A DNA stretch of 64,000 nt from Callorhinchus milii (lineage: Eukaryota), in assembly GCF_018977255.1 (NCBI RefSeq), contig NW_024704742.1:100566001-100630000 (forward strand), read 5' to 3'. The notes beneath the pieces were generated by a model. The model saw only the letters and a list, made by a program, of their open reading frames with translations, had not been told where the DNA came from and ran no database searches. How positions within the stretch are numbered: the first letter of the stretch is position 1; every line of letters starts with the position of its first letter. A program made the translations under genes and the position numbers. Below are positions 1-12,049 of this stretch, piece after piece.

Positions 1-539
1 TTTTTAACCTAGTAATCTGAAAGTATAATAATAATATATAACTGACCACAAGGAGTAGAAAACACAAACAATGTATCACAAAACTCTCATTGATGAATAG
101 CTCTTACTGTAGTTTCGCTACATGTTACTAACTGGATCTTTTAAAAAAATTCCCAAATGAAGGAAATATAATGTGCAAGATTATCCAAACCAAAAGGAAT
201 GTTTTAATATTTACAAACGAGATACATGCTGACCACCTAACTGAATTTAAAATACACATTCAAAACCACATTCTAAATCATGTTCATTCTCACAAGTGTT
301 GTCATATTGTTTAGCAGCAATGATGCTTTTGGCCCCAATTTTTTCCTTTTATTTGCCCCCTACTGAAGGCACAGACTCCTCCTGGGGAAGTCCCATGGAC
401 ACTGACCAACCTTCAATCTCTCGTAGTCATGTTGCAATGGCAATCTTTAAAAAAAACATTAAATGTCCAAGTTTAGACAAATCAGTAAAAACTAAACCTG
501 AGAGTGAATTAAAAATACTACGGCAGCTTTGAAATATGT

Positions 540-980
540 TCTCTGGATAGGATGCATTTTATGTTGAATTATTCATTTTTGCTTGTGAAGAAAATTAAAT
601 ATTTTATTTTTCAAAAAATGAAAATCTATAATTATCGTTTCCAAATCAGTGAAGAAGTGCACCTCAATCCAGAACTCATTTTAATATTACTCCAAACACA
701 GATAGACATCCCTGGAATTAAAAATTGGCACTGTACCATACATCTTTATTTTCAACTCATTAGAAATCAATTGCGAAAGTTATTGGTGAAATGGACAGAT
801 TAGTAATTTGTCAATGGATTGGCCAACAGCAAGATGGCTTCATCCAAAAAGATAAACTGTATATTGGCAGACTTTTAATCAACATTATTAATGTTAGTGA
901 GAAAAGAGAATATTCCTGACACTGCAATATCTTTAGAAATTGGAAAAGCATTTGTATCCTTAAAATGCTCTCTCAGGTTA
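540..980 (+). mobile_element. Highly degenerate L1/Tx1-clade RT fragment
   Basis: With frameshifts: IKNW.., IAKVIGE, QQQDGFIQK, NIINVSEKRE, AISLEIGKAFVSL, colinear with L1 RT motifs KNWRPI / DQ.GF / SLDAEKAFD. Confidence 0.6.
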
Positions 981-1439
981 TAATGTTTGAATTATAGCAA
1001 TTTCATATTATTTTATACAATACGGTATTCATTTTGGTTTCATAAATATACTTTTAATACTAAAATCTCATTTAAAGAAGCTCGTGTGTTAAGATTTCTC
1101 CAAAATCTTAGAGTTAAGCATATCATTACAGTATTTAGCATCACACACAAAATATCCGTGACTTACATGATTAAATTGATCCAATACAACTTTAGATTAT
1201 AAAAAACTGTAGCAATATCACAGGATTGGTTGCATCACCTTGTAAACAATGTACATTAATTTGGATTTTGGAGGCTAATCGGGTGAGGGTGTGGATCACT
1301 GCAAGCAGACAAGGATTAAAATAATTAAAGTTATTAGTGCATTTAGATCAAAGATCATACAGATCAGCACAATGTGGCCTACACAGAACATTTTTGACAA
1401 TTTTACGATCTAAGTTGAGATATACCAGTGCTTGGAAAC

Positions 1440-1735
1440 AACAAGTTCCCACTTCAGCCACCCAAACCGAGCATCAAGCCCTCCCAAGGTTTGGCAGAGT
1501 GTTCAATTGCTGAGTAAATTATGTCGACTCGAGCCCCAATAAACTGCCATAATCACCCTGGACGAGACTACTGTTAATTGTATCACCTCCTCTCACGCTC
1601 ATCAAACTCACAGCCTCACTGACTCAAGTTGCCAATTTGATACAAAATATCTACTATTTTGTGTAGTAGTCTAACACACACCAAGAGGTAGACTAAACGT
1701 TCAAATTCATTTTACATACAGTCTACACCAGATTA
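1440..1735 (-). mobile_element. Ancient LF-SINE-like fragment
   Basis: Minus strand tatgtaaaatgaatt...cacaaaa...aaattggca...ttgggagggcttgatgct resembles the LF-SINE body as recalled; not verified. Confidence 0.4.
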
Positions 1736-1785
1736 AAAACTACAGTCGCAGAGGCAAAAGGGTAGCACGCTAATCCATTGCATAC

Positions 1786-2640
1786 AACAACAACTTGAAT
1801 TTATATAGCGCCCTTCCCGCGGGGTAGCCACCTGGAGTGCTGGACAGTGGCAGAGTCTGACCCCGAGCCAGGGGGAGAGGGAGATGGCCGTAAGCGCGGT
1901 CAAAAAGAAAGGTCTTTAAGAGGGTCTTGAAAGTGGGGAGGGAGGTCATTGTGTGAGGGAGTTCCAGAGTTTCGGCGCGTAGTGGCTGAAGGCACAGCCA
2001 CTGATGGTGGAACGAGGGACAAACAGGAGGCTGGAGGAGGCAGCGGATAGTGAAGTAGTGGTTAAGCAGATCGAATAGATAGGGAGGTGCGAGGGCATGA
2101 AGGGGTTTAAAACCGAGTGAGAGGATCTTGAAATCGTTCCGTTTGGCAATTAGGAGCCAATGAAACCTGGCAAGAACTGGTGTGATGGGGGTACGGAATT
2201 TTTGTGCGAGTGAGTATTCAGGCGGCGGAGTTTTTAATTAATTGTACTTTGTGTATGGTGAAGCTGGGGAGACCAACGAGAAGGGCATTGGAATAGTCCA
2301 GCCAAGAAGTGATGAAGGCGTGGACGAGCGGTTTGCCTGCATTGGTTGTGAGGTACGGACGAAGGCAGGCAATGTGGCAGAGACGGGCAATGTGGCGGAG
2401 GTGGAAAAAAGCAGTCCTGGTCAGGGAATGGATGTTGGGGAGAAAGCAAAGCTGTGGATCAAACCTAGCACCTAAATTGCGCACGGGTTTGGTGAGTCTG
2501 AGGGAAAGCCCAGGAAAGTTTAGGAGTTCAGACCCACAGAGAAAAGACGTTGACAGGAGTCAGGCTTCCATCTTGCTGACATTCAGCTGCAGGAAATTTG
2601 TGCTTATCCAGTCCTTGATGTCCGTCAAACAAGCTGACAC
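1786..2640 (-). mobile_element. L2-clade LINE 3' fragment
   Basis: ORF2 remnants RNLGARFDPQL...LVHAFITSWLDYSNALL, FSHYAPKLWNSL; (gtt)n tail. Confidence 0.9.
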
Positions 2641-2689
2641 CCAGCACATTCACTGTATCATTGTTCTATTGACAAAGAAAACATTCATT

Positions 2690-2972
2690 TCAAAACGGCC
2701 ATGAAGTGAATGACCAATTTTATCTATTGGATGGTTGGTCAGGACGCTGGGAGAACCCCCTTCGGGTTTTGGATAGCGGCAGAGGTTCTTTAACATTCAT
2801 CTGAACAGGCAGACGGGATCTCGTTTTAATGACTTATTCGAAGGATGGCATCTCCAGCAATGCAGCACAGACCCATTACTGCACTGGAGTGTCGGCCTAA
2901 ACTATGAGTTTGAAGTCCTGATGCGGGGCTTGAAACCACAACCTTCAGTGGGAGTGCTACCAATAGGCCAGG
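2690..2972 (-). mobile_element. DeuSINE-like (SacSINE1/AmnSINE1-related) element
   Basis: Reverse strand has gtgctgcattgctggagatgccatccttcgaataagtcattaaaacgagatcccgtctgcctgttcagatg, a Deu-domain-like sequence (family recognised from memory). Confidence 0.7.
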
Positions 2973-3289
2973 TTGAAGGACAAAGATTCACATAAGAATG
3001 ATGTCTAAAGCACTTCTCAGGGTATACTGTAAAGTGGATTGACTGTGTATTTTGTAGGTGAACATGGCAACCAACTTACAGACAGTAATGTCCCAGAAAA
3101 AAAACAAATTTTGTTACTACTAGAAGAGTATTAGAAAGCGAGAGTGCCCAGGATGTCCCCATTTGTGCAGATCATTTGTGCAAAAATAATAATAGCATTA
3201 CTATTTGCATTTGATATAATAATGAAATAATTTGAACTAAAAATATACAGGATGCTGTATTTAGGACAGATCAAACACAACGTCAATTC

Positions 3290-3560
3290 GATATTTATAC
3301 AACATCTTTCGCATTGTGAGGACGTTTGAAAGCACTACCAGAGTTGGCTGGAAGACCAGCTGGGAGCGAGGGGAGATGGTAAAAAGCATGGTCAAAAAGA
3401 AAGGTGTTAAGGCAGACTTTATACTTGGGGAGGGAGGGGGCAATGTGGAAGGACTCTGGGATGGAGTTCCAGGAAACAGCGGCAGATAGGCTGAAAGCTT
3501 GTCCACCCATGTTGGGGCAGGTCAGATGGGGGTCATGAAGCTGGCCAGTGTTTGCTGAGT
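3290..3560 (-). mobile_element. L2 3' end fragment
   Basis: GGQAFSLSAAVSWNSIP remnant and L2 tail. Confidence 0.8.
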
Positions 3561-4729
3561 GGAAGGAGCAGAGGAATCATTCAAAATTAAGGATTCTTTG
3601 GGGAATAATCGAGGGGAGGAGAAAGAGAAGGAAAAAAAAATCTGGGAATAATCTGGTCCCAATCCAATTAAAAAAATAGATTTATAAGAATGGATCTCAG
3701 GGATGCAATTCACACAGCAATTATGATCCATTAAATAAGAAGGTCATGGTGAACCACTGACCAGCTTATCAATTACAACTAGATCAGGAGGGAGATTTGT
3801 TTTTAAAACAAGTGAATAGGAAGAAATACATAACTGGAACATCTGTCACAAATGAGAATCTAACAATTCACTTTTACTTGATTCATTTTGCTAAGGATTT
3901 CAAAATGTTTTAAACACGAGCAACATTTTCCGACACAAAAAAAATGTAATTCACAAAGTACTAATGCATACACAATCCCAAAGTACTTGCAACACCAACA
4001 TACACAATTTATTATGCATTTATGGCTCAACTCTGCTCAAAAATTGCTTTTGGTCTGCAATGAGGCTACTTTTCAATCAGCTATCATTTACGCTGATCCT
4101 TCCAAAGGCATCTTTTCTATGAAGTTTCCGATAGCATTTCTGCCTCCATAAAATGCAGATGCCACTGTACATCAAGCCTCTGTTTCCTTCCTCGCATGGA
4201 CAGTCTAAAGCAGTTTTCCTGATCTCTTTCAACTTGAAATGTTGTCAATATATAGATTGTCTAGCTTTCTAATTCAGTGAAAAATCTAGTTTTCTATTAG
4301 TCTCTGCCTTTCTAATTTTCAATACAGCTTTACTAGGTGTAATTATTAAAGGCAGATTCAAGAAAGCAATTACTAAGCTTCTGGGTTTGTATCTTCGAAG
4401 TCTTAATAAGCGGCAAGAAGTTGCTCTGAGACGACCAGAAAGGAGGACACAAATGGAGTTTATGTAGGAAATGGAAATAAATGCCTTTTATTAAATAAAA
4501 TCATAAAATGTTTAGCTCTTTTTAAAAAAAATTAGGCAGGAGTATCTGAACCACACGCATGTATTCCGAGTACAAGTGCCCCCCAAATTTCTTCTATCCC
4601 CTATCTTTTAAATTATGTTCAATAATCTTTTAAGCTTTCATTCCCAGCAGAATCTTCCAAGGAAATTATTTACTATGATAGAAATGATATTTAAAAAATT
4701 ATGAGAAAGTTCAACTTTGNAAAAAAATT

Positions 4730-5310
4730 TGATTTGCAGAAATTACTGGAGAGTATTGTTCTGGATGTTCAACTAAAAATAAGATACCATGAGAAGCAAT
4801 CCACATAGAATCCTAATAGGTCATTCCTCATGAATCTGTGGCGTTCTTTGAGGCAATAACTAAACTAATGGAGGACTTATTCAGAGGATATAATTTGATA
4901 GTCCATGTGCAAGACTTTAGAAAGTTATAGCTCATGGAATTAATGGCAAATTACTGGATGAAATTAAAAATAGATTAGCTGTAGCTGTAGTAATCAAAAG
5001 CTAATTATGAATTGAAAAGTTTGCATCAAAATACTTTTGAATGCATCAAGCCAGCAGAACAAGAGGACATAGGTTTAGAGTTGCTAAGAGCAATTTCAGG
5101 ACAGATACAAGGAAGTATTTCTTTAACCAGAGGGTAATTAAAGACTGGAACAGGTTGCCAGGTAGGGTGGTTGGCACCAGCACCCTGGACTCATTTTTTA
5201 AATTAAAAAAACAGTTTGGTGCTGTGATGAGAAGGTGGAAGGGGGGAGTATTTCAAGGCATGAAATCAATTGTTTGAAGGATCTTCTTCATCTGAACCAA
5301 TCTTTTAATC
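4730..5310 (+). mobile_element. CR1 LINE fragments
   Basis: KLLESIV..., AHGINGKL..., SRTRGHRFRVAKSNFRTDTRKYFFNQRVIKDWNRLP. Confidence 0.8.
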
Positions 5311-5749
5311 TTGTGAAACAGTTTGATAAGCAGAAGACTGCAAAGGTCCCCTGTAATTCACACTGGACATAAATAATAAGACCACTTCTTGTAACACTTC
5401 AAAATAATCTGCACTAGAGGGTATGCAGGTAATTGATTAATATGAGGATAAGGATTTTGCCCACAAAATATAGTCAGTTCACTTTGTAGTGTATTCTGTG
5501 AAGCGCTTTGAGATGTCTCAAAGTCTTGATAAGGTGCTATATCAAATGCAAGTATTATTATAATTATTTTCTAAGTACCATTCATGTTCACCTAAAAAAT
5601 ACAACTACTAGACTTTACGATAAATCCTGTGAAAGGCCTTGAGATGTCCCATTAACATCAAATGCAAGGATTATTATTCTTCAAGTAGATCAGCCATCGG
5701 GACAATTAAGCAGATGGGCTCAAAAGTGGTAGGTGGATTTTAAAGTAGA

Positions 5750-5900
5750 GCAACAACAAAAGTACATTTGTAAAGTGCATTTTATGTCAGGAGGCCGTCC
5801 CAAGGCGCTGAACAGTCAGGGATCAGGACCTGAGCATGGGGGGGCTGGGTTGGGGTGAGGGAGGGCAGAGTGGTAGGAGGGCGGCTGAAGGCACGGTCGA
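5750..5900 (-). mobile_element. L2 3' tail fragment
   Basis: Reverse complement of the L2 3' UTR/tail. Confidence 0.75.
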
Positions 5901-5939
5901 ATGATAAGAATATCCAAAACTAGAATTCCACATATTCCA

Positions 5940-6178
5940 TACTCTGGAACTCCATCCCATGATCCCTTTGCCTTGCTTCCTCCCTTGCATTTTTAAGGCC
6001 GGTCTCAAGACCCTTCTCTTCGACCGTGCCTTTGGTCTCCCTCCCACCTCTCTGCCTTCCCTCACCCCTACACCACCCCTCCCCCATGCTCGGGCCCCAA
6101 CATCTGACTGTTCAGCGGTTTGGGACGTCCTCCCGATGTGAAAGGCGCTCTATAAATGTCAGTTTTATTATTATTATA
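5940..6178 (+). mobile_element. L2 3' end fragment
   Basis: FKAGLKTLLFDRAF remnant; tail gggacgtcctcccgatgtgaaaggcgctctataaat. Confidence 0.85.
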
Positions 6179-6766
6179 TGCATGAACGTGTCTCAGTGTC
6201 TAGAATGGATGCACAATCTCTCCCTGGAAGAACGCACCCTGCTTACCAAATTCTAAAAAAAAAACAGGTGCAGGTTGGCAAAAGCCAAGGCTTGTGGACC
6301 CCTCAGTGTGCATTGGGGTACTGCTGGAATTTAACCATATAAAACCCTTGTGAGCGCTGTCTAGCAAACTTCCCACTGCTTGTCTAACTTGAGCTACCCT
6401 ATCTGTTGGTTTGCAGAATTAACAAAGGCTGAGTGGGAAGAGTGCCCACACTTTGACCGTTCAAATGCTGGTGCCAAGCCAAACTGGTTAGTCTGTGAGT
6501 TGTCATAACTTGGAGTAATGCAGAGCCGCCTGGCTCAGGAAACAGGTTACTGAGACCACCACAGAGGGTTGACTTGATTCTGATATTCCATTGTCAATCA
6601 CATCAACTTGGAAGCAGCTCAGTCCATGGAAACACTGTTAACCTTTCTCCTCTCCCTTCCCCCAGGAAGACAATCACTTACATTCTAGTGTGGCATTGAC
6701 AAGAGCATTCGTAAATTACTGGGTTAGCCAATGAGTCAAACACCACAAGTCCTTATCATCATCATC

Positions 6767-7090
6767 GTGGAGTCCTGTAGCTCACTGGTTAGAGCACTCG
6801 CTTTGCAAGCGAGAGACCCGAGTTCAATTCCAGGCAGAGGGCGAAACCTTGGGTAAGTTTCCTTACTGCACACAGAGCCTAATAATAATCCCTCCAAACA
6901 AAAAATAATAAATTGGTCATTTTTAATCTACGACTGTTTGTGGGACACTGCTGTGCGCAATTGGCTGCCGCGTTCGCCCACAAATATACAATCAATTCAC
7001 TTTACAGTATATTCTGTGAAGCGCTTTGGGATGTCTAGAAGACGTGAAAAGCGCTATATCAAATGCAAGGATTATTATTATTATTTATTA
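6767..7090 (+). mobile_element. tRNA-Ala-like SINE with L2 tail (resembles elephant shark SINE2 family)
   Basis: Head gtggagtcctgtagctcactggttagagc...gttcaattcc (A/B boxes); (tta)n tail; ttatcatcat on both flanks. Confidence 0.92.
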
Positions 7091-7097
7091 TCATCAT

Positions 7098-7203
7098 AAT
7101 AATAATCCTTGCATTTGATATAGCAGTTTTCACGTCTTCGAGACGTCTCAAAGGGCTTCACAGAATATACTGTAAAGTGATTGACTGTATATTTTGTGGG
7201 CGA
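7098..7203 (-). mobile_element. 3' fragment of the same SINE, tail-to-tail with the previous copy
   Basis: Reverse complement of the SINE 3' ~105 nt. Confidence 0.88.
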
Positions 7204-8674
7204 AATATATATCCTCTTAAAAATTTGTTACATGTCACAATATCTCTCTTCAATAAATCTGATCAGAAGATTAAGTTTATATAATACCAGAAAATAAAAT
7301 GAAAGCATTTACACTAAATTCTTATAGCCCACAGGATAAGTCATTATTTTACAGTAAAATCCTGAGCATTTTGAGATATCGCAACAATGTGATAAGGCGC
7401 TAAATCAAATGCAAGGAGTAATATTATCAGAAATATCCCCAATAATACTCATTTAGATCTGCTTAAACCTTTACAAAGCAATGTGCAAATGCCTGCTAAA
7501 AAGTGCAGTGAAGAAAAAACATGCACCTGAAAATGAACTGCAGAAATTGTAATAAGTGAGGGGAAAGGTGAGTTGATTTTCAAGAAACACTTTTAAAAAA
7601 AAAATCACCCTTGTAACAATTGGTTTCTGGATTAGATTGAAATCTCACATTGGTGCAATGCTTACAAATTACACCTACATGGATTTGGTGATGCTAGTTT
7701 CTCCTCTGCTACTGGAGTGAACTGGCGTGTTCTTGCAAACTCATGAGAATCAGCACCACACACAAGAGAAAAATGAAAGATTGCATACTCAGAAAAGTGT
7801 TACAAGCATTATTAAATAACTGCTTTTTTAGCTCCTCCACACAATGAGCCTGAACAACTAGCCTTCTCCCATGAGATCATCGCTCACCTCACCTTTCAGA
7901 TCGCATTTTTCCTCCCTCTTTCTTAATCCAATAAAAAGTTGATATAGTAAGAAAGAATGTTACAATTCAACTTTTTTTATATAAAAAAAGAGGGATGATG
8001 GTAATTCCTCCTTTTCTGAAAGGTGAAAGTGCTGGCAAATTCAACTTGAAAGACATTTTTAAACTACCAATCTTAAGACTAAGAACCGGAGCCTTTACAA
8101 TAGTAAACCCATTCAAAGTGATGGGATGATTGCTGGTACTTTTCGCCCTTTTGTGTTAGTACTGTAGTGAGAAAATGTTGGTCCATGTTATGACACTTTC
8201 ATAATATGGGTCCTAAATCCAAAGCATACTAGCAGGTTATACATAGTTCAAGTTCTGGATAGATCATATTAATCAGGATGTCTGGACAACAAAAGGAAAA
8301 ATTATTCCCCAGGAATTTTTAAAGAAATGGACCACTGGATCATGCAACGGGACACCCAAGTAAGGATGGTCGTACTTAGGCTCTCTCTCGGATCTCTGCA
8401 GAGCTAGTTCTTAGCCCGGGTAGTAAAAAAGTCAGCCCCAGCCTGCACTCCCAAATGCTATCTTTGGATACACACACATTAGTGTGGAACCAAACATCAG
8501 CATTGGTCACTGCTTTCAGCAAGGAGAGAAAAAGTAAAAAAAATTTAAACTTTAAAAAGCGACTTGAAATCCTCCCTACTTTTGCCAGCTTCAGAAATCA
8601 ATTGTACAGACAGTGCGAATCATAAACTATTAAAAACAAAGTCGGTTTTATTAGAAAGGCACAAAAACGAAAGT

Positions 8675-9002
8675 GTGGAGTCCTGTAGCTCAGTGGTTAG
8701 AGCACTCGCTTTGCAAGCAAGAGACCGGAGTTCATTTCCAGGCAGGGCGAAACCTTGGGCAAGTTTCCTTACTCCACACGCCTAATAATAATCCCTCCAA
8801 AACCAAAAACAATAATTAATTGGTCATTTTCAATCTACGACTGTTTGTGGGACATTGCTGTGCGCAATTGGCTGCCGCGTTCGCCCGCAAATATACAGTC
8901 AATTCACTTTACAGTGTGTTCTGTGAAGCGCTTTGGGACGTCCTCCCGACGTGAAAAGCGCTATATCAAATGCAAGGATTATTATTATTATTATTATTAT
9001 TA
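8675..9002 (+). mobile_element. tRNA-derived SINE, full length
   Basis: Same head, body and (tta)n tail. Confidence 0.93.
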
Positions 9003-10211
9003 AAGGAAATACCCTAACCCTATGCAATATCCACAAGGCAAAATTAAGAGTTTATAACGTGAAGAATCTGAACAAAGAATTTTACTTAAATATTTTCTAA
9101 TAGAAACTGAAGCTACAAAGTTTTCTTGCTTGTTGATTAAGAACCGAATCACTCTAACACTCTTAACCAAGAGGCAAAGATTTTAATATACAGATCACAC
9201 AACAAGCCTATAAATAGCACATCTTAGCACATCAAATAGTCAGAATCAGATTTGTACAGTAACATAAATCCTCCCCACTGCTGAAGAATTAAAATTAATT
9301 TCCTTAATTTCCTTAAACCTTAGTCACAAAACAATCCAAATTGTGTGTATTAAAAAAACATTTAATTTTCATGACTATTGCCTTCCAGAATTGTCTCTGC
9401 TCACTTGCCACATAAGCTGTTGAAAAAGGAACAACCTTTCATGTTAAAAGCTTTGTATAAATGGAACACTTAAAAAAAAACTCCAGAACAGGACAATAAA
9501 CTCAAATTTTCTGTGCAGGCGAACAGCTCAGTATGAAATAGTGAAGCTTTCTGCATTATTGCACTTACTATAAACAATAACTCAGTTGCTATTCCTACCT
9601 ATTACTCTGAAAAAGCACATAATTTCTCAAGCAACATCTAATTTGTTATAGATGCAAGCTGTCAGTGGTATCATATATAGTGATTTTTTTTCCTTCGGAA
9701 GGGAGAGTTGTCAAGCTGCTATTCTGACATCCATTTACATCACTCAATGACATCTGACAGCAGTGAAAGGCCACAGAAAACTGCTTATTGATTAGGAGAA
9801 AACTATTTGAGCCTGCAGACGAGGTGATATGATAGGGATGCAGTGACAGAAAGGGTGATGACATTATGCTCGGTTCTACACAAGAGTTTAATGGAACACA
9901 ACTTCATTATCCCGTGCTTCTAGTTTCTGAACCACTTGAAAGGTCTCTTGTTCATTCTGCGTACATAGCGCTGAGCACAGTTCTGGTCAATATGGTACAA
10001 GCCTGATCCTCTAAAATCAGCTGCCCATCAGCTGCCACTGTGTCATAGTGAATGAAGCACTGTACACAAATACTTAAGTGTTACTGAATGCCAAAGCTGA
10101 TTTTGTGGAAGATTTCACAGATGGAACTACATAAGCCAGCTTCACCTCAATGCTGGTTGAAAGAGAACATAAATAAAAATCAAGCATTAAATGAATTGCA
10201 ACAAAATACAG

Positions 10212-10517
10212 TAATAATCCTTGTATCTTTGATATAGGGTCTTATCACATCTTCGAGACATCTCAAAGTGCTTCACAGAAAATACCGTAAAGTGAATTGA
10301 CTGTATATTTTGTGGGTGAAACGTGGCAGCCAATTGGGCACAGCAGTGTCCTACAAACAGTCATGGATTGAGTTAACAATTTATTATTCTCTTTGACCCC
10401 CGAAAAGTGATCCGCCAATCGACTAACAACCAGGTTCCTACTTACTGCTAGGTAAACAGAGGTGTGTGGAGTAAGGAAACTTGCCCAACATTTCACTCTA
10501 CCGGGAATAGAATCCAG
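10212..10517 (-). mobile_element. tRNA-derived SINE, long subfamily, 5' truncated
   Basis: Same tail plus extra central segment ctgtttacctagcagtaagtagg... Confidence 0.85.
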
Positions 10518-11481
10518 TAATGTTAAATAGGCAAAAATATTTTTGCCTTGCCTACAATCTTTGTCCATTTTGCCAGATTTCAAAGACAATATTGCAATGT
10601 TTTATTCTCATAAGATCATAAATAAGGTTTATATGAATAGTCTCAACCTGCCAGAATATACCTCTTCTTCAGCATCTTGTCCTGGCCTCAAACACCCTTC
10701 CTGGTTTGTTTCTCCATCTAGTTAAGCATCTCACATACTAGTCTTTTTAAGCCTGTCTAGTGATCATTTTCTGCCTCTAATACAGCAGAGAACATGATAT
10801 CTCACTAATTGGGAGCAACTCCACTGTAGTTGTAAAATCAAAGCAGGTAATGTGTGTGTGGTTCTCTATACCTCAATGTTTGTGCATCTGTCTGCGTGTC
10901 ACTGCCTCTGTCCATATATAGAAGGCGAATATACGGTTCACCTCTTAACACCTTGCCCTTGGCCAAGGTCTGATGCACATTTTATAAAATATCTGAGGCA
11001 CACCCTAATCGGTCCATTAAAGGTAAACCATGGGCGAGGGAACCTCAAATAGCCCATCATGAAATTAATAATTACCACGTTGAAAAATTCAAACAAATGT
11101 CAAAGAATTTCTCAATTCCAGAAGATTGAAGAGAACAGAACAAAGAACCAATAAATGTCAATTACTATCTTCTTCTATCTTCTTCTGGTTTGGGAGATAA
11201 CTAATGGATCCAAGTCTGACAAAGTGTGAAAAATAATAAAGGGTGCAGTAAAAAAAGCTCTCATATGGAGGGGAGGGAAGGAAAAGCCAACCCCACCAAC
11301 TTCTTAAATGACATGGCTTTAACTTTAGCCATTTTCTCCCACAGCACTCTCCTACTTTCAAATTTCAAGTTGAATTAATCAAGAACCCAGACACTGAAAA
11401 TCATAGTGCTCTGATAACATTTTCCGAGGGTAAATAGTGAAAGATAATTCCCGCTGGTTGGTGACTGAAACAATGGGCATT

Positions 11482-11900
11482 AATAATAATCCTAGCATTT
11501 AGTACAGCACCTTTCACATCAGGAGGACCTCCCAAGTGTTTCACAGGATTTACCGTGGAGTGACTATGTAATTGTAACAAACACAGCAGCCCAATTGCAC
11601 ATACCAGTGTCCCACAAATAACTATGAACTGAATGACCAATTATTATTTGGGTGAGTGTTGGCCACGACACTAGGAGAAATTTCCTTCTTTTTTCGAATA
11701 GTCCTTTGGGAATGTTCACCTGAACAGACAGAGTGGGACCTTGGTTTAATGTCTCATTCAAAAGGCGGCACCTCTAACAAAACAACACACCCACAGCAAT
11801 GCAGTGTTGTTTAGAACATGCGAGTTTGTATCCTGACTTGGGGTGTAAACCCACAACCTTTTGACTTAGAGACGAAAACGCTACTAACTGAGGCAGACTG
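11482..11900 (-). mobile_element. DeuSINE-like element, near full length
   Basis: tRNA-like head near 11890, Deu-like core (gaggtgccgcctttgaatgagacattaaaccaaggtccc), L2-type tail. Confidence 0.75.
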
Positions 11901-12049
11901 GTATACTTATTAAGCTCAGCATTGTTATTAGAAGAGTTTGGAGGGGGGAAGAAAGACTAGAAGGGTATTAGAACCTGAATGCTTTACCATAACAATATTT
12001 CAAAGGGATTTGGATATGTATTGAAGAAATTAAAACAATATTGGAAATA

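Noticed and set aside
4720..4720. Single N base
   Set aside because: Assembly ambiguity next to an A-run; not biological
8675..8750. tRNA-Ala(TGC) gene (and similar heads elsewhere)
   Set aside because: No proper acceptor stem; always continues into the SINE body and tail
9854..9930. C/D snoRNA candidate (GTGATGA...CTGA)
   Set aside because: Antisense to the host intron, poor terminal stem, no recognisable guide
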